Positions 10,333-19,981 of a DNA stretch of 64,000 nt are shown piece by piece. The translations under genes were made by a program, and so were the position numbers. Position 1 is the stretch's first letter; the number at the start of each line of letters is the position of its first letter. The notes beneath the pieces were generated by a model that had not been told where the DNA came from, ran no database searches, and worked only from the letters and a program-made list of their open reading frames with translations. The stretch lies in contig CAVSHF010000005.1 in the NCBI GenBank assembly GCA_963727805.1, positions 1,152,001 to 1,216,000 of the forward strand, written 5' to 3'. The DNA comes from an uncultured Nitrospiraceae bacterium. GTDB lineage: Bacteria > Nitrospirota > Thermodesulfovibrionia > Thermodesulfovibrionales > Dissulfurispiraceae.

Positions 10333-11343
10333 TTACGGCATCCCCCTACCGTCAATTTGAGAGCCGCAACGGTGGCACTTTGAAGCCTTCAGCCTAACTG
10401 TCTTCAAAGAAAATCCAATCCGCTCTATGAGGAGTTCTCCGCATGCTGGGCAGTAAGTATTTTCTCCTCCTTCGCCGGGCACATTGCCTTCATATACATA
10501 TTTCAAGCCCGCTTCTAATCCTATTGCCCTCGCCCGCCTAAGGGTACTCACCGGCGTGCGGGGCTGATCGAGCAGATCATGGGTGGGATAAAATTGAGTT
10601 ACATGCCAGGGGATCGCCGGATCGACCGACTTTATGAACTCCGCAACCCACTGCAGAAAGTCATCTGAATCATTGTATGTCGGGATAATAAGCGTTGTGA
10701 TTTCAACCCACACGCCAAGGTCCTTCATAAGCTTTATCGTATCGAGCACCGGTTGGAGACGCGCACCGACCACCTTTTTATAAAAATTATCATCGCCTTT
10801 CAGATCAATATTGTTTGCATCGAGATACGGGGCGATCACACGGGTGGCATTTGGCGAGGTATATCCGTTGCTCACAAAGACGTTCTGTATCCCTTTCTTG
10901 TGGGCGAGCCGCGCGCACTCGCAGGCGAATTCCATAAAGATAGTCGGTTCAGTATAGGTGTAAGAAATGCTTTGACAACCTGCAGACTCTGCCTCCCCGA
11001 CTACTTCTTCAGGGGTCATAGCAATTCCGGGGATATCTGGATGACCCTTTGGATAATCTGATATATCATAGTTCTGGCAGTGCAAGCACCTGAAATTACA
11101 TCCCACCGTTGCTATAGAATAGGACCGTGAACCCGGATAGAAATGGAAAAGGGGCTTTTTTTCAATCGGATCTACGTGTCGAGCCACAATCTTTCCGTAA
11201 ACGAGGGACTGGAGAACTCCATCTCTGTTTTCCCTGACAGCACAAATGCCTCTCTTGCCCGGGGATATCGTACAGTATTGACAGCAGAGATAGCATTTGA
11301 CCTTGCCGTCCCCGATCTTGTCGTAAAACATCGCTTCCTTCAT
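10333..11343 (-). CDS. amrS: AmmeMemoRadiSam-system radical SAM enzyme (PFL-activase-like)
   Basis: CxxC...C...C N-terminus, DPIEKKPLFHFYPG, CNFRCLHCQN, YTYTEPTI. Confidence 0.9.
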   Translation of the reverse strand: MKEAMFYDKIGDGKVKCYLCCQYCTISPGKRGICAVRENRDGVLQSLVYGKIVARHVDPIEKKPLFHFYPGSRSYSIATVGCNFRCLHCQNYDISDYPKGHPDIPGIAMTPEEVVGEAESAGCQSISYTYTEPTIFMEFACECARLAHKKGIQNVFVSNGYTSPNATRVIAPYLDANNIDLKGDDNFYKKVVGARLQPVLDTIKLMKDLGVWVEITTLIIPTYNDSDDFLQWVAEFIKSVDPAIPWHVTQFYPTHDLLDQPRTPVSTLRRARAIGLEAGLKYVYEGNVPGEGGENTYCPACGELLIERIGFSLKTVRLKASKCHRCGSQIDGRGMP

Positions 11344-11514
11344 AGCATTCCCCATTTCACCTGATCTGAAAAATATACCCCTTTATTTATTAATAGTATC
11401 ATTGCAGGTGGCTGACGACAAATAGAGGATTTACGGGGACACAATAGAGAAGTAATGCCGGTAGGAAGAACGCCGGAACAAAGTAAAGAACTTCAGGACA
11501 AGAAACGGCTTTGC

Positions 11515-11796
11515 TTACAGGATTGATTCCTTTTGAGTATTAACTGCCTTTGTGACCTTTCCTTTTGCCGGTGCTTTCGTTGCTGTCTTGCTCTTTTTTT
11601 CTGCAACTTTTACCGAGACTGCCTTTGCGGCAACAGGCTTTTTTACCTTAGCTGGCTTTTCAGATGCGAGAACCTTGCATCTGGCATGCACTATCCTTTC
11701 AGCCTCAATCCAATGTTCGAATTCACGGCCATGCACACAACCATCCCTCTGGAAAAAATCGTAGGCGAGTTTTTCAATTTCACGTCTTTTATCCAT
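11515..11796 (-). CDS. DUF2934-like domain protein with Lys/Ala-rich tail
   Basis: IEKLAYDFFQRDG..HGRE..HW.EAE followed by a KPAK/AAK-rich low-complexity tail. Confidence 0.75.
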   Translation of the reverse strand: MDKRREIEKLAYDFFQRDGCVHGREFEHWIEAERIVHARCKVLASEKPAKVKKPVAAKAVSVKVAEKKSKTATKAPAKGKVTKAVNTQKESIL

Positions 11797-11936
11797 GATA
11801 CAACCCCCAATCTAATATCTCAACTTTTATGTAGTTTATCAACAATTAACCACTTATTCAATTTACAATCCTCTCTGCTGCCTTTGAGATTTGTTTTTTT
11901 GCTGTTCATTATACCTAATATTGGCTTATACAGCAT

Positions 11937-11981
11937 GTGCATTCTAGATCAGTGCATTCTAGATCAGTGCATTCTAGATCA
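11937..11981. repeat. perfect tandem repeat, 3 x 15 bp (gtgcattctagatca)
   Basis: Units at 11937, 11952 and 11967 read directly. Confidence 0.95.
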
Positions 11982-12101
11982 TCGGAAATGAAAGTCGTAC
12001 TATTATATTGATGTGTCAATCCCCGAGCAAAATTCCTCGCCACTTTCTGGGTTGTCGTTATGCCTGGATCCTTTCGATCAAATTCCGGTTATAATTTAGG
12101 T

Positions 12102-12932
12102 ATGATACCGAAGCGAAGGCTTGGCAAAACCAATGTTGATGTTACAATTCTTGGCCTCGGCGGCGAGGGGATACTGAGATCGTATGATCACAGCAAAGAT
12201 GCTTACGATTTGATCAATCGGGCTATCGATTTGGGGATTAATTACTTTGACTCTGCCAAGGCCTATGCGGGGTGCGAATCATACCATGGCGAAGCTCTGG
12301 GGGAAAGAAGGAAGGTGATATTCCTTGCCGGCAAATCCCACGCCCGTGATAGAAAAGGCGCTCTTGTTCATCTCCACGATACCCTTAAGACGATAAAGAC
12401 CGATCACCTCGACCTTTGGCAGATGCACGACATGAGGACCGAAGAAGATATCGAGGAGGTTACCGCGCCTGGTGGAGCACTTGAAGCCTTCAGAGAGGCG
12501 AAAGAGAAAGGCTTGGTACGCTTCATCGGCGTTACCGGCCATGAGGATCCGTTGATCCTTCGGCGTTGTATCCAGCTTGCTGATTTCGACACGGTGCTGA
12601 TGCCCATCAATCCTGCCGAGCCGCATTACCGCAGTTTTATCACCGACGTCATGCCCCATGCCATTGAAAAGGGCATGGGGATTATCGCCATGAAAGTCTA
12701 TTTCAGGGGTTTGGTCACGAGGATTCCCGGATTCAATTCCGCAGCGCCTTTCTACCGTTTCGCTCTCTCCCTTCCGGTGACAGCAGCTATCATCGGGTGC
12801 GATTCAATTGCGCACCTCGAAGAAAATGTTGGTTATGCGCGATCATTTGCGCCCCAGAGCGAGACGGAGATGGGGAGGCTTGTTGATCTGGTTGCCCCCC
12901 ACGCCCGACAGCTTATGTATTACAAGCCCTGA
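12102..12932 (+). CDS. aldo/keto reductase
   Basis: MIPKRRLGKT, GINYFDSAKAY, DHLDLWQMH, GLVRFIGVTGH. Confidence 0.9.
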   Translation: MIPKRRLGKTNVDVTILGLGGEGILRSYDHSKDAYDLINRAIDLGINYFDSAKAYAGCESYHGEALGERRKVIFLAGKSHARDRKGALVHLHDTLKTIKTDHLDLWQMHDMRTEEDIEEVTAPGGALEAFREAKEKGLVRFIGVTGHEDPLILRRCIQLADFDTVLMPINPAEPHYRSFITDVMPHAIEKGMGIIAMKVYFRGLVTRIPGFNSAAPFYRFALSLPVTAAIIGCDSIAHLEENVGYARSFAPQSETEMGRLVDLVAPHARQLMYYKP

Positions 12933-13133
12933 CAATCATCAACGGATGCAATAGGTTATGCCTAATAATAATCTCTCCTTGCCGCTCTTTGCCAACTAGG
13001 GGAAATAGCGTTATATGACTCACTCAATTATGCAAAGACCCTTAAAAATATTATCCTTTCAGCCACAGACTCACCATTTTGTGAGGGCTTTGAGATTCTG
13101 ATGATCCGAGAAAAAAGCCAAATGCACTGCCTT

Positions 13134-13151
13134 TTGTGACAGCTGTCACAA
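13134..13151. promoter_or_regulatory. perfect 18-bp palindrome TTGTGACAGCTGTCACAA (CRP/HcpR- or Rex-type operator)
   Basis: Exact TGTGA-N6-TCACA match; TATGAT -10-like hexamer at 13201-13206. Confidence 0.6.
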
Positions 13152-13342
13152 GACCAGTAACTTCTCGTTTTTGGGTCTTCTTTTCGGGATCAATTACAAC
13201 TATGATTAAATTAGAAACACCGAATGTTTGAACGCGCTTTTGTAAAGAATGTGGCCCTATGGGAGAGTATCCTGTAAGGAAGCGCACCCAGAATGTAGAA
13301 ATGCAACCAGCAAAATATACAAGTGCATTCAGGAGGTGTAAT

Positions 13343-13555
13343 ATGCAGTGTCCATATTTCAAGCAAATTCATGACTTAGGAGTGTGCAGTGCTTCAAAGC
13401 ATACTTTTATACCCAGTATTAATAAAATGGGACACTTCTGCTTTCAAGAGGAGTTCAACACATGTACTTTTTTCAAAAATAGTTTGTTGGATGAACGGTG
13501 TCAAGAGCCGTGTCACGGCATGACGGAAAAGCACGGTTTCTCTTCAAGGATATAA
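13343..13555 (+). CDS. small Cys-rich hypothetical protein
   Basis: AGGAGG RBS at 13331; MQCPYF...C...C...C pattern. Confidence 0.65.
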   Translation: MQCPYFKQIHDLGVCSASKHTFIPSINKMGHFCFQEEFNTCTFFKNSLLDERCQEPCHGMTEKHGFSSRI

Positions 13556-13623
13556 GGCCATATCGAGATCGGCAAATCGACGCTCACATGTACGGCTCTG
13601 ACACACTAAAAAGCACAGTGTTA

Positions 13624-14385
13624 CTAGAGGGATGCTTCAATATCTTTTATCAGTTCTTCTACCAGGAATATCAGTTGCTCTACATCGAAGCAGCTGTCGG
13701 CAGTAGAGTCAAAACGTATGGTCACCTTTGATTCGAATTCATCATCTTTCGGCCAGTAGAGCAGCAGGACCGGTAGGCGCGGGAAGACATAAACAAGCCA
13801 TGCATGTTGTGATGCAAACTCATCCGGATGAACTGCACCGTACCCGTCAAGAAGCAGGGCCGCTTTTGGGAGATGCCTATCGAACAATTCTCTCAGCGGC
13901 TCTTCGCACTCGCGCATGAAGGCTTTATACTTCATCATCCCGCCCCTCAGCTCGTTATGGAAAACCCACTTGCCGGTAAGGCCTCTGCAGCCGCCATTCT
14001 TGATATAGAAAAGCAATAGCATTTTCATCCACGGCGTAAGGTTTTTTTGCGCCTGAATCTCTCCATCCGACCCAATTACGACCTCTCTCCCGAAGCACTG
14101 GAGAAAAAGCTTGTCGTCTGTATATTCTGCGCCGAGATTATCTGCGACCTCGTCAAAGCGAATCCCTTTTATTTCGGCTTTCAGATTTGCAATCATATCC
14201 TCCCGCCAGTCGGTTTTCCTGATGCAAGTCGTCAACTCCTCTTTTCCCATTATTGGCAACTGGGAGCACTCTGAAAGGTCAGCCTCTCCCTTCAGGACCG
14301 CAAAGGCAAATGGCATACATGCCTTCTGCCTGCAGTTGCCGCAGTTGGTCTTTGGAAGTTTCTTGTAGAGCTCGACAGGGTTCAT
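13624..14385 (-). CDS. DUF3786-like protein with N-terminal [4Fe-4S] domain of the corrinoid Fe-S protein (AcsC/CdhE) type
   Basis: LPKTNCGNCRQKACMPFA...EC; FPRLPVLLLYWPKDDEFES. Confidence 0.8.
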   Translation of the reverse strand: MNPVELYKKLPKTNCGNCRQKACMPFAFAVLKGEADLSECSQLPIMGKEELTTCIRKTDWREDMIANLKAEIKGIRFDEVADNLGAEYTDDKLFLQCFGREVVIGSDGEIQAQKNLTPWMKMLLLFYIKNGGCRGLTGKWVFHNELRGGMMKYKAFMRECEEPLRELFDRHLPKAALLLDGYGAVHPDEFASQHAWLVYVFPRLPVLLLYWPKDDEFESKVTIRFDSTADSCFDVEQLIFLVEELIKDIEASL

Positions 14386-14428
14386 ATTCCTCTGTGACTA
14401 TGGTGGTTTCTAAGTTTTCATACGGAAA

Positions 14429-14662
14429 CTACTTCTTATGGCATCGAATGCACATTTGATCGTCCACCATTCTCATCCTTTGCTCTTCCGGCGACTTCTT
14501 CAATCCCACACTGTGATAGGCAAAGCAGTCCTTATAGCCAAGTTCCTGATGCATCTTCACCAGTTTCGGATTTTTGCTGTGACACTCATTACAAGCAAAA
14601 GCGGGACCCAAGATCAGTAGCACTCCAGCTAGGCACAGGAAGTATAGTGCAATTTCCTTCAT
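14429..14662 (-). CDS. small exported multiheme c-type cytochrome (2 intact CxxCH, 1 degenerate)
   Basis: Signal peptide, then CNECH, CFAYH, CIRCH. Confidence 0.75.
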   Translation of the reverse strand: MKEIALYFLCLAGVLLILGPAFACNECHSKNPKLVKMHQELGYKDCFAYHSVGLKKSPEEQRMRMVDDQMCIRCHKK

Positions 14663-14695
14663 GTAACAGTTTATAAATATCTCAGACACTTTGCC

Positions 14696-14709
14696 TTGAC
14701 TTAAGTCAA
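14696..14709. promoter_or_regulatory. FNR/Dnr-family-like palindrome TTGAC-TTAA-GTCAA
   Basis: Perfect 14-bp palindrome centred about 41 bp upstream of the cytochrome ATG. Confidence 0.55.
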
Positions 14710-14852
14710 ACACGGAATTACTTGGACATCATTTACTTTTCATCATTACTATAAATTCATGTTAATCCCAATCTGTTGACAAAAATTCATGTGTGCACCA
14801 TCATATAATGATATCGAATTCAAGGATGGCGTATCCTCTTTCAAAACAGATC

Positions 14853-15611
14853 ATGACGGGAACACTTTATGTCATCGGCGTTGGACCCGGTGATCCGGAA
14901 CTGCTTACTCTCAAAGCAGTCCGGATTCTCAGGGATGCGCCTTGCCTTTGCGTACCCAAGGGGCGAGAGGAAGGGAGCAGCCTTGCCCTCTCGATCGTCG
15001 AAGGCATTGTCGACCTGAAGGGGAAAGAGATCATCGAGGCCTTCTTTCCTATGAAAAAGACAAGGCGTAGTGAGGAAGAGAGGAAGTTCGGTAATGCAGA
15101 AGCCGGAGACGATTTGCTGGAAGCGCGGTGGAACGAAACGGTCCTCAATATCCTCAAGAGGCTCAATCAGGGTATCGATGTTTCCTTTATTACTATCGGC
15201 GACCCCTCGATATACAGCACTTTTTTCTATCTTTATGACCGCCTGTTGGCCCTTGCCCCGGCCATGCCTATCAAAATAGTCCCCGGAGTGTCATCAATCA
15301 CGGCCGCAGCGGCACGAGCAGGCATTTCACTAGGGCTTGCAAACGAAAAGATCGCCATACTGCCGGCAACCTATGTCGGAGACTTGCGCACGATCATATC
15401 GGAGTTCGATACCATTGTCCTTATGAAGGTATACAGAGTTTTCGATCAAGTGCTAAAGAGTCTGAATGAAACTGGCCTTCTCGATAACTCCACGTATATT
15501 TCAAAAGCAGGAATGCGTGAAGAGGCGGTTATTAGAAATTTGAGGGATGTTAGGAAGGATGATCTCAACTATTTTTCCCTTATTATAATCAGGAGACGGT
15601 CGACATCATGA
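14853..15611 (+). CDS. cbiL: precorrin-2/cobalt-factor II C20-methyltransferase
   Basis: GVGPGDPELLTLKA, FITIGDPSIYSTF, VPGVSS, YFSLII. Confidence 0.88.
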   Translation: MTGTLYVIGVGPGDPELLTLKAVRILRDAPCLCVPKGREEGSSLALSIVEGIVDLKGKEIIEAFFPMKKTRRSEEERKFGNAEAGDDLLEARWNETVLNILKRLNQGIDVSFITIGDPSIYSTFFYLYDRLLALAPAMPIKIVPGVSSITAAAARAGISLGLANEKIAILPATYVGDLRTIISEFDTIVLMKVYRVFDQVLKSLNETGLLDNSTYISKAGMREEAVIRNLRDVRKDDLNYFSLIIIRRRSTS

Positions 15612-16396
15612 CCGGGAACGACCTTCAATTTTTCAAAAGCTGGTTTTCAGAGTTCTGCAAAGTCTACCATCTAGATAACGAAAAGGAGCAGAGGAACATA
15701 ACCCTGAAGGAGGCTCATACCCTCCATGTCTGCAGGAATATCCTGGCCGTGGGACGGGGCGAGGCATTGGGTCCCAATGAGATGCTTCTTGCCGAAACCA
15801 TAGCCCTTTTTCATGATATCGGGCGATTTCCCCAGTATGCTCAATACCGGACATACAAAGACAGCATCTCAATCAACCACGGCCTTCTCGGTGCGAACAC
15901 GCTCCTGGAGAAAAAGGTGCTCATCCGTCTTGCCGACCGAGAGCAGGACCTCATCACTGATGCAGTGAAATTCCACAATGCATTTGCTATTTCAGACATT
16001 GTGGATCCCGACAAACTCCGTTTTCTCAAACTGATACGTGATGCCGATAAACTCGATATCTGGAGAGTTTTTATCGAGTTTTACGAAAGCCCCGATGAAG
16101 AAAAACCCGAAGCAGTAGGCCTCGGCCTTCCTGACAGCCCGTCGTATTCAGAGGAAATTCTTTCGCTTATCCGCAACAAGCAGATTATATCGCTTGCCAG
16201 ATTGAAGACCTCGAGTGACTTCAAACTGTTGCAACTCTCATGGATATTCGATCTCAATTTCACAGCATCCTTCATGCTGCTGATCGAACGGGATTACATC
16301 AACCGCATAGCCGCAACACTGCCGCAAACAGATGAGATACTCGACATAGTTGCTCGTGTGAGCGCATACGTCAGGGAGAAATTGGACAATGGCTAA
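15608..16396 (+). CDS. HD-domain metal-dependent phosphohydrolase
   Basis: H...ALFHDIGRF...H...HN...RDADKLD. Confidence 0.85.
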   Translation: MTGNDLQFFKSWFSEFCKVYHLDNEKEQRNITLKEAHTLHVCRNILAVGRGEALGPNEMLLAETIALFHDIGRFPQYAQYRTYKDSISINHGLLGANTLLEKKVLIRLADREQDLITDAVKFHNAFAISDIVDPDKLRFLKLIRDADKLDIWRVFIEFYESPDEEKPEAVGLGLPDSPSYSEEILSLIRNKQIISLARLKTSSDFKLLQLSWIFDLNFTASFMLLIERDYINRIAATLPQTDEILDIVARVSAYVREKLDNG

Positions 16397-17153
16397 GGTC
16401 TATTTCATCGGGGCAGGACCTGGCGATCCGGAATTGATCACCGTCAAGGGAAAGAGAGTGCTCGAAAATGCTGCTGTCATCATTTATGCTGGAAGCCTTG
16501 TCAACAAGGCATTGCTTAACGGACTGAATGCCGAGATATTTGACTCATCTTCGATGACACTTGATGACACTATCAGAGTCATGGAGAAGGCGATCGGCGA
16601 AGCGAAAGATGTGGCGCGGCTGCACACAGGAGACCCCGCCCTTTATGGCGCAATCTCTGAACAAATCGAGAGGCTCATACAACTCGGCATCCTGTATGAA
16701 GTTGTCCCCGGCGTCTCTTCCGCGTTGGCGGGTGCGGCTGTTCTCGGCCAGGAGCTTACCATACCCGAAATAAGCCAAACGGTCATCTTAACACGTATGG
16801 GAGGCAAGACCCCCGTACCGGACCTAGAAAGACTAGGCGAGTTGGCAAATCATCAGGCAACCATGGTAATTTTCTTAAGTATCGGCATGATTGAAACGCT
16901 GAGAGATGAACTGCTCCATGGCTATCCCGAAAACACCCCTGTTGTCGTAATCCAGAAAGCAACTTGGCCGGAGCAGAAGATAGTCAGGGGCACTCTGGCA
17001 GATATTGCCAAAAAGGTGAAAGAGGCGGGAATCACAAAGACAGCTCTCATCTATGTTGGAGAAGCTCTGAGGGCATCAGAAGAACTGTTGGGCAGGACAT
17101 CAAAGCTTTATGACAAAGACTTCACCCATGAATACAGGAGGGCTTCTGAGTAA
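16389..17153 (+). CDS. cbiF: precorrin-4/cobalt-precorrin-4 C11-methyltransferase
   Basis: GAGPGDPELITVKG, IYAGSLV, RLHTGDPALYGA, ATWPEQ, SKLYD. Confidence 0.92.
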   Translation: MAKVYFIGAGPGDPELITVKGKRVLENAAVIIYAGSLVNKALLNGLNAEIFDSSSMTLDDTIRVMEKAIGEAKDVARLHTGDPALYGAISEQIERLIQLGILYEVVPGVSSALAGAAVLGQELTIPEISQTVILTRMGGKTPVPDLERLGELANHQATMVIFLSIGMIETLRDELLHGYPENTPVVVIQKATWPEQKIVRGTLADIAKKVKEAGITKTALIYVGEALRASEELLGRTSKLYDKDFTHEYRRASE

Positions 17154-18204
17154 ACGGTTACTGTCCTTCTGGTTTGCGCTTTTCATATTCGCCTCTTTCT
17201 CCGCGGTGCAAGCGGCTGAGCATGTTCTCAGTATCTCCGCTGTCGGAGACATTATGATGGGCACGACATACCCTGAAGCGATCCTCCCACCCGATGACGG
17301 AGCGGGCATATTCGACAGCATTAAAGGCAACTTCAGTGAAAGTGACATTGTATTTGGCAATCTTGAAGGCCCGCTCGTCGACAATGGAAAAAGCGACAAA
17401 TGCCGGAAAAACTTCCGGATGTGCTTCGCATTTTCGACCCCGACCAGGTACGCAAAATACCTGAAAGACGCCGGATTCAATGTGCTCAACATTGCCAACA
17501 ACCATTCCTTTGATTTCGGTAGTGAAGGGATTAAGAGCACGGTCGAAACACTCGATGCGCTCTCTATCAGAACCATCGCGGCGGGCAGGGTCGAACACAT
17601 GGAGGTCAAGGGCAAAAAAGTTGCCCTCGTTGGTTTTTCGTTTTCCTCACCTTCTCCGTACTCAATAAATGATATCGCGACAGCAAAACAGATGGTGAGT
17701 GATCTTAAAGCTTCGAACGATCTCGTCATAATATCGTTCCATGGCGGGGCAGAGGGGAAACAGTCACTTCATGTAATGAATTCCAATGAGATTTTCGCAG
17801 GCGAAAACAGAGGCAATGTTATGGCGTTTTCACGGGCGATGATTGACGCAGGTGCCGATTTGGTTCTTGGTCATGGCCCGCACGTCCTGCGAGCAATCGA
17901 AATCTACAAGAAAAAACTTATCGTATACAGCCTTGGGAATTTTCTTACGTACGGAAGGTTCAATATAGCGGATGAGAACGGGGTCAGCATAATACTGAAA
18001 GTGAATATCAGTCTCAGCACCGGTGATTTCGCGGACGGCAAAATAATCCCAGTGAGGCTTGTCAACAGGGGAATCCCCGAGCCGGACCCCGACAACAATG
18101 CCGTGAAGCTCATACAGGAACTGACTGCGAAGGACATAGGGCGGAGAGATCTGATCATAACGGCCGAAGGCGGTCTGGAGAAGAGCACTAAAGATTATGA
18201 ATAG
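17128..18204 (+). CDS. CapA/PGA_cap-family metallophosphatase-like exported protein
   Basis: VGDIMMG, GNLEG, ANNHSFD, FHGGAE, GHGPHV, YSLGNF; exact start uncertain. Confidence 0.85.
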   Translation: MNTGGLLSKRLLSFWFALFIFASFSAVQAAEHVLSISAVGDIMMGTTYPEAILPPDDGAGIFDSIKGNFSESDIVFGNLEGPLVDNGKSDKCRKNFRMCFAFSTPTRYAKYLKDAGFNVLNIANNHSFDFGSEGIKSTVETLDALSIRTIAAGRVEHMEVKGKKVALVGFSFSSPSPYSINDIATAKQMVSDLKASNDLVIISFHGGAEGKQSLHVMNSNEIFAGENRGNVMAFSRAMIDAGADLVLGHGPHVLRAIEIYKKKLIVYSLGNFLTYGRFNIADENGVSIILKVNISLSTGDFADGKIIPVRLVNRGIPEPDPDNNAVKLIQELTAKDIGRRDLIITAEGGLEKSTKDYE

Positions 18205-19981
18205 TGATGTTCAAATAGCCTCTCCCGTAATCTTCTATATCACTGAGAGGGGACATGCCCTTGCGAACCGGATCGCCAGTCTTTTCATCGATTCTGAGGT
18301 GCTTCAGTTCGATGTATCGCTTCCAAAAAAACAGTGGGAAAAGCGAAATGGCTTTATCTTTATCATGGCAACGGGTATCGTGGTCAGAACGATCGCGCCT
18401 CTGCTCAAAGACAAGAAGACCGATCCGGCAGTGGTGGTGCTCGATGAAAAGGGTGAATACGCCGTGAGTCTTGTGAGCGGACATCTTGGAGGCGCCAACA
18501 GGCTTGCACGGCAAGTTGCGTCTCTGCTTGATGCCAAAGCCGTCATCACGACAGCTTCCGATATCAATAATCTGCCTTCCATCGACCTATGGGCAAAGGA
18601 CAACAGGCTCAATATCGAAAACTGGGATGCCCTTTCGCGCGTCGCTACCCGGTTGATCAATGAGGAGACAATCCGGGTCTATTCGGAGACCGAAATCACA
18701 CTGCCGGAGGCCTTCGCCCGCGAGCATGATCCGAGACGTGCCGACATATTGATAACAAAAAAGCAGCGAACCGAGACCTGCGGGTCCTGCGTTAAGGACC
18801 AGCTCTATCTAAGACCACAAAATCTTGTCATCGGCATCGGCTGCAACAGCGGGACACAGGCTCAGGAAATAGAAGACGCGGTCAAATCAGTCCTGCTTGA
18901 GCATAACCTGTCCTTTCTTGCAGTTCATTCGATTGCTACCATCGACAAAAAAGCTTCGGAGCCCGGGCTGCGTGATTTTGCCGATAAATACAACTTAGCG
19001 ATAGTTTCATTTTCGGCGGATCAACTCAACAAAGTGAGGGGGATTGAAAAATCAGAAGCCGTCTTCCGGGCTACCGGCGCAAACGCAGTCGCCGAGCCGT
19101 CTGCCCTACTTGCATCGAAGATGGCCAAACCACTGGTGCCGAAACAAAAGTCGGGGAATGTGACAGTGGCAGTTGCTTTGAAGAAATCGGAACACGGAGG
19201 CTGGAAGTCGGAAGAACAGATCAGTGGTAAATTGTACGTCGTTGGTATCGGGCCCGGAAGCGAGGAACACATCACACCCCGCGCGAAAAGGGCTATAGAA
19301 AGATCTGAAGTTATCGTCGGATACCGCACATACCTCGACCTGATCCCGGACCTGATTGAGCGCAAAGTAATATTTTCGACCGGGATGACACAGGAAATTG
19401 ATAGGTGTCGAAAGGCCGTAGAATTAGCGCTTTCCGGGAAAAGAGTTTCGGTCGTTAGCGGCGGCGATCCGGGCATCTATGCGATGGCGGGCCTGGTGTT
19501 CGAGATTTTGAGAGCAGAAGAACAGAAGCTCGCATCCGCTCTTCCCGTAGAGATAATTCCGGGCATATCCGCCCTAAACGCCGCTGCCGCACGCCTGGGC
19601 GCCCCTCTGATGCATGACTTCGTTTCAATTAGTCTATCGGACAGATTGACACCCTGGGACGTCATAGAAAAGCGTCTCAATGCCGCTGCCATGGCCGATT
19701 TCGTGATTGTCATCTACAATCCAAAAAGCAAGGGAAGAGTCGAACATTTCAGCCGTGCCGTCGAGATCATGCGGAGATATCGAAAATCCGAGACTCCGGT
19801 TGGAATTGTAAAGGCAGCGATGAGAGCATCTGAGCGCGTTGCGATCACCACTCTTGAAGGCGTGCTCTGTCATGAAATCGATATGCAGACAACCGTCATC
19901 ATCGGCAATTCAGGGACTTTTGTCTGGAACGGCCGGATGATTACGCCACGGGGTTATGAAAAAAAGTTCGAAAGCCGATAG
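18197..19981 (+). CDS. cbiGH: CbiG-CbiH(CobJ) fusion: cobalt-precorrin-5A hydrolase / precorrin-3B C17-methyltransferase
   Basis: DPAVVVLDE, SGHLGGAN, GIGC, VAEPSAL; then VGIGPG, SGGDPGIYAMA, ISLSDRLTPW, ITPRGY. Confidence 0.92.
   Translation: MNSDVQIASPVIFYITERGHALANRIASLFIDSEVLQFDVSLPKKQWEKRNGFIFIMATGIVVRTIAPLLKDKKTDPAVVVLDEKGEYAVSLVSGHLGGANRLARQVASLLDAKAVITTASDINNLPSIDLWAKDNRLNIENWDALSRVATRLINEETIRVYSETEITLPEAFAREHDPRRADILITKKQRTETCGSCVKDQLYLRPQNLVIGIGCNSGTQAQEIEDAVKSVLLEHNLSFLAVHSIATIDKKASEPGLRDFADKYNLAIVSFSADQLNKVRGIEKSEAVFRATGANAVAEPSALLASKMAKPLVPKQKSGNVTVAVALKKSEHGGWKSEEQISGKLYVVGIGPGSEEHITPRAKRAIERSEVIVGYRTYLDLIPDLIERKVIFSTGMTQEIDRCRKAVELALSGKRVSVVSGGDPGIYAMAGLVFEILRAEEQKLASALPVEIIPGISALNAAAARLGAPLMHDFVSISLSDRLTPWDVIEKRLNAAAMADFVIVIYNPKSKGRVEHFSRAVEIMRRYRKSETPVGIVKAAMRASERVAITTLEGVLCHEIDMQTTVIIGNSGTFVWNGRMITPRGYEKKFESR

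Noticed and set aside
11937..11981. Tandem repeat as a mini-CRISPR
   Set aside because: 15-bp units are contiguous with no spacers, and no cas genes are present.
14710..14852. Cobalamin riboswitch upstream of cbiL
   Set aside because: The region is short and AT-rich and I see no B12-box or GGGAA core.
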